A DNA stretch of 31,863 bases from Cyanophora paradoxa CCMP329. Lineage: Eukaryota > Plantae > Glaucophyta. Of this stretch, positions 1 through 11,579 are shown piece by piece. Under the pieces are notes generated by a model, which saw nothing but the letters and a program-made list of their open reading frames with translations, was not told the DNA's origin and did no database searches. Every line of letters starts with the position of its first letter. Position 1 is the stretch's first letter. Position numbers and translations under genes: made by a program. The DNA is taken from positions 1 through 31,863 of the forward strand of contig QPMI01000012.1 in NCBI GenBank assembly GCA_004431415.1, in the 5' to 3' direction.

Positions 1-441
1 CCCGCCCCGCACGGCCGCTGTCCGGGGCGAGCTGACGCCTCGGTTCTGCGCATGCGCAGGCTACGCCCAGGGCCCGGCGCCACCTGTCTCTCCTTCGGAT
101 CCCGCTTCCCCGCCCACCGCCGCCGCGCGCCGCCAGCGTCGCCACCCCCACCTACCCGCCTCGCCACCCCGCCCGCCTCGCCCGGCTGCCCGCCTTCCGC
201 ATGCCTCTCTAGCTGCCCCTTCAGCCCCCCTCCCCTGCGCCCCCGCCTCCCCCAAGTACCCTGCAATGTGTACCAGTACCCCCCCTTGCACCTCCGCGCG
301 CGGCCCGCACTTGCCGCATTTGCACAGGGCCGGGCGCGGTCTGCTTGTAGGAAGAGAGGATGGGTCGGACAAGTGAAGCAAAGAGGAAAAGAGGATGGGT
401 CGGACAAAGAGTAGCAAAGCTGCAGATGCGAAGGCATGGCT

Positions 442-484
442 GGCTTGGGCGTGTCTTATACATACTCTTCTTCTTCTTCTCTTC
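442..484 (+). mobile_element. Extreme 3' terminus of LINE family A (about 40-bp truncated copy with (TCT)n tail)
   Basis: ggcttgggcgtgtcttatacatactcttcttcttcttct matches the element termini at 8496-8531 and 10110-10147. Confidence 0.8.
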
Positions 485-1613
485 CAACCAGCTGTCTCTA
501 TGAGTTCAGGTATCAGCCGCTCATGTCCTATATGCTTGCAATTGATGGTGTTCAACTGTAAAGAGTTCCTCAATGAGTTTGTGGTCTTTGACGCAGCCCC
601 TGTGACCCTGTAAAATTTCAGGGGGAAACCAGAAAAGAGACTCGTCCAACATCATGTGCACTTGACAGAGTACACTGGAGAATCTAAGCTACATGTCCAG
701 CTAGCTGTACAGGATTTTATGCCCAGGGATTCTGTACCCCGGGAAGGGCGCGCAACGTAGGTCGGCGGGGCGGGAGAAGCGCCCGCCGGGCGCGCGCCCG
801 GAGGGCACAGGTCGCCTCAGTAAGGTCTAGAAGCGCTTCTAGCCGCTTAGCCGCAGTGTCCGTTAGGCGATTCGTTCGTCGGCGGGCGCGGTTGGGCGTG
901 CGGCCCCCAGGTCAGATCAGCGGTCTCAGCAGTGCTCATTGCCTCTAGTTCGGGCTTCTCTGCGTCGGCGCCGCTCTGCGCAACAGCGCCCGCGCGTTCC
1001 AGCATGTCTAGGCGCAAATCTAGCGAGGGCGGACCAAGCTGGCCGCGGCAGTAGGAGGAGCGACGCAGAGAAGGGCGCGGTGCTCGGGCTCTGGAGGAGA
1101 TGGCGTGCTGCTCGGCTCCCGCCGACCAGCCTGGGTTCCCGCCGGGCATTGGCGATGCCGCGCCCAGCTGCAGCTGCCCGCGATGTTGACGCGCGGCTCG
1201 CTGCGCGGCGCTGCAGCTCGGCGGCTGGCGGCGACTCTGGACTCAGCGCTCGCCGTGGAGGCGGCTGAGGAGCGCGGCTCTTGCTGCGCGACCACCAGTT
1301 TTTCATCCGGGCCCTAACTAACGGGGCTCCGGTTTTCTGGGCCTACATCTTTCTGCCGCGCTCACTGCTAGAGGACCGGCGCATATTATGTTCTGGAGAC
1401 GACTCGGTAGACTACAGCTAAGGCACTAGCTCGACACGACTACTAGCTGTAGCACTCTTGTTATCTATCTCCTCTTGCAGTCAGCATCTCAGTATCCGGT
1501 AGGCGTGGAGCCGCCGGAGCGGGGGACTGTTGTCAAGTGTGTACGAATGCAGCAGACTTTCAAAAAAAAGGATTTTATGCCCAGGACAGGCAAAGGATTT
1601 TATAAAAAAAATA

Positions 1614-2200
1614 AGAGAGAAATGCAGTAGACACATCCACGCCAGCAAGACTGGGTATGACAAAGCCGCAGAGGCCCCGAATGGGACGTGCAAGGCCCGT
1701 CAGGGACCCACTAGCGTGGGGAGTGAGTGGAAGCCACGTACAGGACCCTGGGCCACCACCCCCAGGGCGCCAGCAGAATGGAAAGCCAACCTATGTGGAC
1801 ACCCGACGGCGCCACAGAGGAAGAGCCTGAATCCCCGTGACGGCCCGCTCCCTGTCGGGCGGCCCGAGGGTATCAGGGTTTGCCCCGGGCAAAAGAAAGA
1901 CACAAGCTCATAAGTGACACAGGATTACTCATTAAAAGCAGCATCTGCCATACCAACAGAGGAGCCATTAGACTCAGGATCAGAAAGATGGGTGCGCTTA
2001 TTAGCAGGTTCAGAAGATTGGGCCTGAGCCGGTGCTGCGGACTCACGAGTAATCTGCTGAGCAGTGGCAAAAGCTCGCTGAATGGAATGGAAACGAATGA
2101 TCTCCTCACGAGCAGTAGAGCTCAAGAAATAGAAAACAGGATCTCATGGATCTCGAAGGCTCAGGTGTGTTTTCATACATACTCTTTTTCTTCCTCTATG
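1614..2200 (-). mobile_element. 3' fragment of a LINE, family B subfamily 1 (ORF2 C-terminus, 3'UTR, short (TC)n tail)
   Basis: The minus-strand peptide FLSSTAREEIIRFHSIQRAFATAQQITRESAA aligns with FLPASVSEAIKAFHIKQKGQHVANIITREARQ of the neighbouring element. The terminal segment (aatgcagtagacacatccac...gccgcagaggcc) recurs at about 10262-10330 and 11700-11723. Confidence 0.6.
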
Positions 2201-2262
2201 GATCTCAAATGACCCAGGTTCCCCAGATTCTCCTATATATGGTGCTTCTTGAAAATAACAAT

Positions 2263-3240
2263 GAGAGAGAGAGAGAGATGAAGCAAAAGACACGCCCGTG
2301 GACCAGGTGCCAAGTATAGCAGCCCCGCAGAGGCCAAAAGGACGTCCAGGCACGCCAGGACCTCCTGGCACAGGTAGTGATGTGTGTACGCACCGAGAGG
2401 GCAGGCCGAAGCCCTGCGCCGAAAGAGCAAAAAGAGAGCAACCAGGCAGAGAGCCACAGGCCCCCACCATGGAAACCTCGAATCCCGGAACGACCCGCTC
2501 CTATCGAGCGCCCGGGGTATTGAGGTGGCAGCCACAGGATAAAAACAGAAGCAGTGTCAAATGCAATTGATTACAAGACAGCCTCATCCATACCATCATC
2601 ATGAGAGCCATGCTCCCACCAGAAGAGTGGCCACAATTAGGCGGAGAAGATGGAGAATGATGGGGACGAGAAGAAGAAGCCGAAGCAGACTGACGAGCTT
2701 CACGAGTTATGATGTTTGCGACATGCTGACCCTTTTGCTTAATGTGGAAAGCCTTAATGGCCTCGGAAACAGAAGCAGGCAAAAAAATAGAAAGTTGGAA
2801 CACGGTGGAAGTGATACAAAATGCGAGAGTCAGAAAGAGCCCTAGTGGAATAATAAGCAGTATGAAGGGGATGGGAATGATCGGTACACTCCTGGACAGC
2901 AGGGAGGCCGCAATTGGCTACAGTATTTGCAGAAAAATAAGACATGTTGGAAGAGCGAGCAGGATCAGCAACGGCGGCCCAGTAGGGGACGCTAGTTAAA
3001 TCAGGACGAGGGGAATTGACATGAAATCGACCAACACCATGAAGGCCCTGCAAGCCAATGGACTGAAGCTTAATAGGATTACCAGAGGAAGACTTCAGCT
3101 TGTCATACTGCCCACGAGAGGCCAAGTGAATAGGGTGAGTAGCAGGAACCTCTACAAGCAAAGTAAAGCGGCAGTGGAAAGATGAGGCAGACACAGCAGA
3201 CCAATTGCAAGGCTGGAAATTTAGTTGGCAGAAAGTAGTA
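2263..3240 (-). mobile_element. 5'-truncated degenerate LINE, family B subfamily 2, with (TC)n tail
   Basis: (GA)8 on + at 2263-2278 is a (TC)n tail. The minus strand encodes QHVLFFCKYCSQLR (2929-2946 = HVLFFC), the HX4C half of the LINE ORF2 CCHC knuckle. The 3' end is copied in + orientation at 11866-11927. The 5' boundary is approximate. Confidence 0.6.
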
Positions 3241-3510
3241 CCCCCCCGGATCTGGCGAGGCACGCAGCAGCACAGCAGCAGCAGCGCAGAGCGCGGTGCG
3301 CACTTATCCTTGTTGTGTGCTTCGTTTTGAGACTCTCCTGCCGTCTGGCACCTGCAATCTGCCGAAAGGCACCTATTCCTGTCCCTCGGACACCTATCCC
3401 TGCAGCCGCTCCCTATCTATGTGTCAATACGCCTAGCATGACGTGTTTTCCGCTTGCGTCCCTGCGCGCCCTTGATCGGCGTCTTTAAGGCGTTGGCGTC
3501 TTTGGCGTCT

Positions 3511-4745
3511 TGCGGATGGGATACCTGTTGGCGTCTTTAAGATGCACATTAAGCCTTGGTCTGTCTTTTGGCTGCTTACTTTCAAAGATCGCTGTTCAAG
3601 GCTTCCTTCCTGATTTTATGCGCGACTTGACCTACACTTCATCTGGAAGCGTCGGGCTTGCCCACAGAGCCTCAAAATATCGACCTATTGAGTCTCTAAC
3701 ACACTCTTGCGCCTATTTGAGAGGACGATGGTTACAATAGCTAACCCGATCCTGCAACTCATCGTTCCTGAAGATCAGTTCGGTTTCGTGCAAGGTCGGG
3801 ACGTTCATAAAAATCTTTGCGGTGCTGGCAACGTATGCACGCATCCGCTACGCCAATTATGACTATGTTATTGGATTCGACTCGGATCTTAAGTCCGCAT
3901 ACGATCTGTTGCTTTGGGTAATAATGGCGCTCGTTCTCCATATTCAACAATGGCCCTGGCTTATCCGACGGATGCACCATTGTCTGTACAACCCTAGAGC
4001 CCCCTCCGTGCACGTGTATTTGCGAATGGCTCTTCTCTTCTGTGTTCTCACGTCTGGTGGGCACCATTCAAGTGGTCCCTGAGCCCGGTTCCTTCATCCT
4101 CTCAATCAGCCCTCTACGTTCTCTCTTGCTCTCACTCACTGATATACCCGCCCGTTGCACCCCTTGTCAGTTTGCTGACGATATTATCAGCTTTCTGCTC
4201 CGCGCCAGGGCTATCTCTGCGTGACTCTCTCTTAGCCATCCATGCACGTTTTGGCTCTTTCAAGCCACTGTCCGGTCAGCATCTCTCCATGGAAAAATCT
4301 CTGGCCATCGTCTTGCGGGAACCTGCTGCCTCGCCGTTGGACTCGATCCTGCTGATCCCCTACCGTTCCCTGTTCTTCGCGCTACTGAGCTCGATCCTGC
4401 CTTCATAAGCAGCTTGTTTCCCTCATCAGCTCCTTCTTGATCGCGAGCACCATCCGTCCTGGAACATGATTCAGCATAAAGCAACCTTCTTTATGGAGAC
4501 AGCAGTTGATTTCCAGTCATCCCTTCTTGGACGTGGTCGCATCGCCTATGCTTTTTGTCAGGCGTCTTAAGCTTTTATATCCGTGCAGTCCCAGCACCTC
4601 CTAAGATTCTCCGGGCTATTTCAAAGAATCTACAGACCTTTGTCTGGAAGCGATCTACGTATTCCGATGCATTCATCTTACCCCATCAGGAATGACCACT
4701 GCCTCCTGTCGGCCTGTATCTCTCGGTGGTCTCGGAGCGCCCTCC
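3511..4745 (+). pseudogene. Frameshifted non-LTR reverse transcriptase domain (ORF2)
   Basis: ADGIPVGVFK (3511), YRPI (3678-3689), QFGFVQGR (3776-3799), DLKSAYD (3885-3905), GTIQ..SISPL, catalytic QFADDI (4168-4185) and GGLG (about 4725). The motifs are spread over several frames. Confidence 0.9.
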
Positions 4746-6016
4746 CCGAACACTTCCAACTGGCCTTCGCCGCAAACTCTTGGATCGTGGCTTGCTACCC
4801 GGCGGCGCTTCCTGGTCGAGAAATTATTGAGCCTTCACGGAAACAGTGGCTTTGGCTCTGGCTTCCTTTTCTCAACAGGACTGATCGCTTGGTTAAGCCA
4901 TTTGGCCCCGCCTGCTGACCCATTCTTTGCCATCTTCGAAGCTTGGCGGACTATTTTCGATGTCAAGAAGCCCCGCTGCGCTTGGGATTTCCTGCGTATG
5001 CCGATCATGCACCCTGTATAAGAAAGCATGTACTATGAGCGTGACTTTACTTTTCTGCTGCTTTTCCGTCTCCGTTTCCGTTCAACTATCAAATCGGATT
5101 TCTCTGGTGAACATACTCTCTATGTCGAGCCTCCTATCCTGAGCAACTGCGCGACCAGCTGCATGCGCTCAATAATCGACTTGCGCAAGAGGTTTGCGTT
5201 GTGGTAAAACTGCAGACTGAAACACGAACCTGGAGGTCTCGCTATTGGCCCTTTCTCGAAACTTGCTGCTGAGCGCGTCTCGCTCCAGGGAGTACTCTCT
5301 GTCGCGTTCGCCTCTTCCTGACACACAGCTCGCTTTCCATGAGATTGACGTGCCCTGCAATGTTTCGATTGACAGTCCCGTTGCCCTCCCCGATGTGCTT
5401 GCGATCCGGCCGCGGCCCGTGCGATCGACTTCATTCCCGTGCCTGCGCATGCGCTTAGCCTTGTTAAGAACGCTTGCAAGTTGCCTCCATGCCCGCACTC
5501 GTCCGGTTCCTCATGAACTCGTTGCAGCTTTCCGACCTTGCACTCCGTCCGCTGCCACCGTCGTCTTCCCGTACGTTTGCGTTCTACTCTGACCGCGAGA
5601 ACATCAGCGATCGTTCAAAGGAAGAGCTGCGCCTCTCTAAGTCGGTTGCGTACAAACTGCCTGCTGCCCCGTCGCGTTTCACGGTTCACGACGTGTACAA
5701 GTACCTTTCCTCCACGCTTTCATGGCGCGACGACCGCTGAGACTAAGTGGCGTGCTGATCTCTCTCAAAGTTCCTCTGGCCGCCGGGCTACGATGCGCGC
5801 ACTGATCGCTTTCCCTGGTTTAACACGGTGATTCCCGACCTCCGCTACGCTCTCACGCAGCGGGTCTTGACGGCTACTTTGCACTGCGCTACAACGCTCT
5901 CCGCACATCGTCCGCATCGCTGATATGCTGCACGCTCTGATCTTCAGCGTCCTGCTTCGGCAAATTTGCTTGACAGTGAGCTCCTCTCCTCCCTATGTCC
6001 GGTCTGCCACCGGCGC

Positions 6017-6025
6017 TGCAATGCG
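6017..6025 (+). repeat. Left target-site duplication TGCAATGCG
   Basis: Identical 9-mer at 8532-8540. It occurs only once at the orthologous position of the uninterrupted copy (6903-6911). Confidence 0.85.
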
Positions 6026-8531
6026 ACTGCGCGACCAGCTGCATGCGCTCAATAATCGACTTGCACAAGAGGTCTGGCGCTGTGGTCGCATGCAGACTGG
6101 AAACACGAACCTGGAGGTCTGCTATTGGCCCTTTTTCGAAACTTGCTGCTGAACGCGTCTCACTTCAGGGCGTAGCTCTCTGTCGCGTTCGCCTTCTTCC
6201 TGACACACAGCTCGCTTTCCATGAGATTGACGTGCCCTGCAGTACTTCGCTTGACAGTCCCGTTGCCCTCCCCGATGTACTTGCGATCCGGCCCGCGGCC
6301 CGTGCGATCGACTTCATTCCCGTGCCTGCGCATGCGCTTAGCCTTGTTAAGAATGCTTGCAAGTTGTCCCCCATGCCTGCACTCGTCCGGTTCCTCATGA
6401 ACTCGTTACAGCTTTCCGACCTTGCACTCCGTCCGCTGCCTCCGTCGTCTTCCCGTACGTTTGCGTTCCACTCTGACCGTGAGAACATCAATGATCGCTC
6501 AAAGGAAGAGCTGCGCCTCTCTAAGTCGGTTGCGTACAAGCTGCCTGCTGCCCCGTCGCGTTCACGGTTCACGACGTGTACAAGTACCTTTCCTCCCACG
6601 CTTTCATGCGCCGACGACCGCTGAGACTAAGTGGCGTGCTGATCTCTCCCCAAAGTTCCTCTGGCCGCCGGGCTACGATGCGCGCACTGATCGCTTTCCC
6701 TGGTTCAACACGGTGATTCCCGACCTCCGCTATGCTCTCACGCAGCGCGTCCTTGATGGCTACTTTGCACTGCGCTACAACGCTCTCGCACATCGTCCCG
6801 CATCGCTGATATGGCTGCGCGCTCTGTTCTTCAGCGTCCTGCTTCGGCAAATTTGCTTGACAGTGAGCTCCTCTCCTCGCTATGTCCGGTCTGCACCGGC
6901 GCTGCAATGCGCTGCACGTTTTCGTTCTCTGCCCTGTTGTGCAGCAGTTTTGGTCGCTCATCTTCCATGCCCTGCAGCTCCAACCGATGCCCATTCCTTC
7001 CGCTCGCTTGTTGCCTGGTTGCTTACTGGCTCGGTCCGTTTTGCTGACAGCTGGATGTTCTTGCAGAAACTGGGAGTGGCAGGTTGTTCGGATTCTTGGA
7101 TTGCACGTCATTTTCCGCTCGTATTGTCTGGCCTATCGAGCAGGTCGCACTGAAGCTGCGGCCACGTTTGCAATGGACCCTAACACACAGCTGCCCCTTA
7201 CACCTTCCTCAAGACGGGCTTGAAGGCCGCTACTCTGATGACTGCCTTGTTCCGCGAACTGGACGATTTCATGGACATGCTTCCTCGCCGTTTACCTCGA
7301 TTTAAAGTCACCTATGTCCGTGGGTATTTCCGTTTCATCTCTACTGCTGACCCCTCTCATTCTTCATTCTACGCTAATCTTTTAGACGCTGCTCGTACTT
7401 ATGACCATTCCCTAGCCTCTTATGAGCACTGTGAACACATTGCTCAGCCTGCCCTAGCCCCGATCTAGCCCCTAGCCCCCTTGTGGCACAGTTTCCTTAT
7501 GCCAGTGCGCGGCCTGTCCTGCTGCAGCGTCTTGAAAAGGAGGATCTTGAAGGCTATATGTCCCCTCCTGACAACGGCTCAGACTCCTCTGACCTTTCCG
7601 ACCTTGGCCCTGATGATCCTGGTGATTCCTCCAGTAGTACCTCATCGGATGATGACGACCCCTGGGGGACCCGACCCTGCCCCTGACCCTGGTCCTGTGG
7701 CTCACTCACCCCCTCACCCGCTGCCACCTCACCGCCGCCCGATATTGACTTGGAGGATGAGCCGCCTCTTCAACGCCGTCGTGTTGGTGCTTCAGCGTTT
7801 GGTCTTGATGCTGCTATAGATGATACAGGTTCACCTCCGCCCTCTCCTCAAGTTATCATCTATGTGGATGACACTGAGCTTGCCCTGATCTGCTGCCGAT
7901 CTCTCCTATCCGAATCGACGCTGTTGATGTTGAGCCCGACTTCACAAGTCATGCTGTCATTGCTTCCCAGCTCCTCCCTCTTCTGCCCCTCTGCCGTCTT
8001 CTGCGCCTATGAGCCCATGGATACTGATCCTCTTTCTCCTTCTATTGTCCCGCCTAAGCGTCGTCGAGTGTCTTCTCCAGACCCTGGTGCTCTGGATCAT
8101 GGTGATAACATTCCTGGTGTCCCACCTCAGGTTTCTTTCAAACGCTTGCGGCCTTCACCTCCCCAACTCTCCATCCGCTGCCCCTATGGATCTTGCTGAT
8201 GACCCAGGTTCCCCAATGGTGCTTATCTCTGACGAAGAGGCTGATGACATGACTGATGGCTGAAGGTTTCACACGTGAGGTCGTGACCAGGACTCCCCCA
8301 GGCCGGCATTAGGAAGAGGCCCGCATTGGGATGTCTGTGGTTGCTTTCCGTGTCTGCGTGTATGAGCGCCGGACCGCCGGGGCATACATGGCAGACCGTA
8401 AGGCGTTTGCGCGCCACTACCCTTGTCTGGTTGGTTCACTGTCGATTGTGCTTCGGGCCTTTGGGTCCTTCGCCTTTCGTCAAAACCGCACAACCGGCTT
8501 GGCGTGTCTTATACATACTCTTCTTCTTCTT
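6026..8531 (+). mobile_element. 5'-truncated second copy of LINE family A nested inside the first copy
   Basis: Begins at the sequence equivalent to 5146, runs through an uninterrupted knuckle region (about 6882-6933), stops at 8261-8263 and ends in a (TCT)n tail. Flanked by the direct repeat TGCAATGCG. Confidence 0.9.
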
Positions 8532-8540
8532 TGCAATGCG
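8532..8540 (+). repeat. Right target-site duplication TGCAATGCG
   Basis: Immediately follows the (TCT)n tail of the inner copy. The outer ORF2 resumes with LHVFVLCP. Confidence 0.85.
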
Positions 8541-10261
8541 TTGCACGTTTTCGTTCTCTGCCCTGTTGTGCAGCAGTTCTGGTCGCTCATCTTCCATGCC
8601 CTGCAGCTCCAGCCGATGCCCATTCCTTCCGCTCGCTTCGTTGCCTGGTTGCTTACTGGCTCGGTCCGTTTCGCTGCCAGCTGGATGTTCTTGCAGAACT
8701 GGGAGTGGCAGGTTGTTCGGATTCTTGGATTGCACATCATTTTCCGCTCGTACTGTCTGGCCTATCGAGCAGGTCGCACTGAAGCTGCTGCTACATTTGC
8801 AATGGACCCTAACACCCAGCTGCCCCTTATACCTTCCTCCAAGACGGGCTTGAAAACTGCTACTCTGATGACTGCCTTGTTCCGTGAACTGGACGATTTT
8901 ATGGACATGCTTCCTCGTCGTTTACCTCGATTTAAAGTCACCTATGTCCGTGGGTATTTCCGTTTCATCTCTACTGCTGACCCCTCTCATTCTTCATTCT
9001 ACGCTAATCTCTTAGACGCTTCCCGTGCTTTTGACCGTTCCTTTGATCAGCCGGCCCCTAGCCCCGATCTAGCCCCTAGCCCCCTTGTGGCTCAGTTTCC
9101 TTATGCCAGTGCGCGGCCTGTCTTACTGCAGCGTCTTGAAAAGGAGGATCTTGAAGGCTATATGTCCCCTCCTGACAACAGCTCAGACTCCTCTGACCTT
9201 TCCGACCTTGGCCCTGATGATCCTGATGATTCCTCCAGTAGTACCTCATCCGATGATGACGACCCCCCTGGGGGACCCGACCCTGCCCCTGACCCTGGTC
9301 CTGTGGCTCACTCACCCCCTCACCCGTTGCCACCTCACCCGCCTCCGGATATTGACTCAGAGGATGAGCCGCCTCTTCAACGCCGTCGTGTTGGTGCTTC
9401 AGCATTCGGTCTTGATGCTGTTATCGATGATACAGGTTCACCTCCGCCCTCTCCTCAAGTTATCATCTACGTGGATGACACTGAGCTTGCCCCTGATATG
9501 CTGCCGATCTCTCCTATCCGGATTAACGCTGTTGATGTTGAGCCCGACTTCGCGAGTCATGCTGTCATTGCTTCCCTAGCTCCTCCCTCTTCTGCCCCTC
9601 TGCCTTCTTCTGCGCCTATGATGCCATGGATACTGATCCTCTTTCTCCTTCTATTGCCCGTCTAAGCGGCGTCGAGTGTCTTCTCCAGACCCTGGTGCTC
9701 TGGATCATGGTGACAACGTTCCTGCAGCTGGTGTCCTACTCAGGTTTCTTTCAAACGTTTGCGGCCCTCACCTCCTCCAGCTCTCCCATCCGCCGCATCT
9801 ATGGGTCTCGCTGATGACCCAGGTTCCCCAATGGTCCTTATCACTGACGAAGAGTCTGATGACATGACTGATGGCTGAAGGTTTCTTACGTGAGGTCGTG
9901 ACCAGGACTCCCCAGGCCGCATTAGGAAGAGGCCCGCATTGGGATGTCTGTGGTTGCTTTCCGTGTCTGCGTGTATGAGCGCCGGACCGCCGGGGCATAC
10001 ACGGTAGACCGTAAGGCGTTTGCGCCGCCACTACCTTTGTCTGGTTGGTTCACTGTCGATTGTGCTTTGGGCCTTCGGGTTCTTCGCCTTTCGTCAAAAC
10101 CGCACAACCGGCTTGGGCGTGTCTTATACCTACTCTTCTTCTTCTTCGTATAATAGGATCTGTCTGCAGACTGAGAAATGGTTGGAAGACAAAATAACAA
10201 TGAGGCTGATTATATAGCTGATGGCTGATGAGTGAACCAGGCAGACAAGGGTAGTAAAAAA

Positions 10262-10408
10262 AGAGAATGCAGTAGATACATCCACATCAGCAGGACTGGT
10301 CATGGGTATGACAAAGCCGCAGAGGCCTGCGGCCGGAATGGGGCATCGGCCAAGCCAGCCGAACGGTTTTGACAAAAGGCAAAGAACCAGAGGCCAAGGC
10401 ACAATCAG
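10262..10408 (-). mobile_element. Composite of a family B1 3' terminus fused to a family A 3'UTR fragment
   Basis: 10262-10345 resembles 1614-1690. 10364-10408 (cggttttgacaaaaggc...ggcacaatc) is the reverse complement of about 8444-8489. Confidence 0.6.
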
Positions 10409-10839
10409 CGCTTCTTTGTCACTTTTCTTCCTTCAAACCCTGTCTGGCCTGTAAGGAAGCAGGTTGTATAATTAGTTTATAGTTAGAAATTTTGGATGCA
10501 TAGAGGATGCATACTCAACATGATCATATGTGTATCAACATACATATTTATCTTCTTTGTATCAACCATTTGACATGCTGTGATGTTTTGGGCATACACC
10601 TGCCAAAAACCCATGCTACAGTGAAATTCTATCCTGGGCCTGAACACATCAATCAACCTTTGCATATAGTGTGCTCTTTATCCTGCTGGCCCCTAGGACT
10701 GGTGGTACAGGGTCCTGTATGCTGTTTCACTCACTTCCCTTCTAGCTTCAATTTGTCAAGAGCCACCTCTTCAATACCGTCGTATTGGTAATTAGAGGTC
10801 ATTGGTACCCCCTGCCGACGGGCGCCCTTCTAGCGAGGA

Positions 10840-11385
10840 TTCTCTGCCTTCGACGCACCTAAATGCACCTGGTTCGTGTTCTATGCATCATTCTCTACTA
10901 CTGCCCTGCTTTGCGGCCACCACATTCGAATCTCCACCACCTATCGGTTGTTCTCTGCCTGCGGGCGCTTCCTTGTTGTCAATCTGCCTTCGGGCACAAT
11001 ACGCTTGTTGTCCATCTGCCTTCGGCACAATCTCTGATAGCGGCGACCGTGCCCATTGGTTTCCCGCCACTTCCGTCGACTGTCCTTAGCGTCTCGCCAT
11101 GTCATGTTATTGCTTTTGTCCTTCAGCTGCTCTTGTAGCTCATCCATCTCCTGCGCAGTGCGTACAATCCTCATGCCTCCCAGGCGTGCTCCCGCGCCCC
11201 AGGCGTCTGATGGCGCACCTTCTGCGGACGTCGGCACACCTTTATGCACCTGCTTCGTGCCATATGCATCCGCCTGCTTCTTCGTTATGCCCGGCGGGCG
11301 CCTTGTCACTTTCCTTGTCGCCGTTTGGTTGTCGTCTGCCTTCGGACGCTTCTCTCTGACGAATCTGTCTTCGGGCACAAGACTC
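10840..11385. repeat. Degenerate dispersed/tandem repeats of tctgccttcgggcacaa inside a possible coding remnant
   Basis: The motif occurs near 10841, 10954, 10983, 11016, 11335 and 11364, with a local period of about 30-33 bp at 10954-11030. It overlaps the minus ORF 10941-11516. Confidence 0.45.
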
Positions 11386-11579
11386 TTCACGCTTGCTGAA
11401 TTTCCGATCCCGGCAGCCGCACCCGCTGGTCTCCCGCCACTGGCGTTGGCCGTATTCTGCTCCTGCCTCGTACACGCAGCGCCAGCTATGCTCCGTTCAT
11501 GTGCAGTGCTTATCATGACATGTGCAGGGCGTACGCTTCTGCTTGGTCTGCTCTTGTGGCTTTCTCACCTTTGCACCCA

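Larger units (their letters stand above)
3300..10147 (+). mobile_element. L1/Tx1-clade non-LTR retrotransposon (family A), outer copy, 5'-truncated and interrupted by a nested copy
   Basis: RT motifs occur in order, followed by SLLGR..., FVW and RPVSLGGLG (L1-clade post-RT motifs). The CCHC knuckle CPVCHRRCNA|LHVFVLCP is split at 6025/8541. Stop TGA is at 9876-9878, then about 250 nt of 3'UTR and a (TCT)n tail at 10134-10147. No endonuclease or ORF1 is visible. The 5' boundary is approximate. Confidence 0.9.

Noticed and set aside
355-407. 18-bp direct repeat agaggatgggtcggacaa with a 17-bp spacer as a CRISPR or LTR
   Set aside because: Only two copies, eukaryotic context and no cas genes. 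A local duplication explains it.
780-1320. GC-rich segment with several overlapping ORFs
   Set aside because: No recognisable domain or consistent splice structure.
8331-9665. 444-aa ORF as a standalone gene
   Set aside because: It is a chance in-frame fusion of the inner copy's 3'UTR with the outer copy's ORF2 C-terminus across the TSD.
6903-10147. 1.6-kb direct repeats as LTRs
   Set aside because: They are coding 3' halves of a LINE ending in (TCT)n, with no TG..CA ends, PBS or PPT. Nested insertion explains them.
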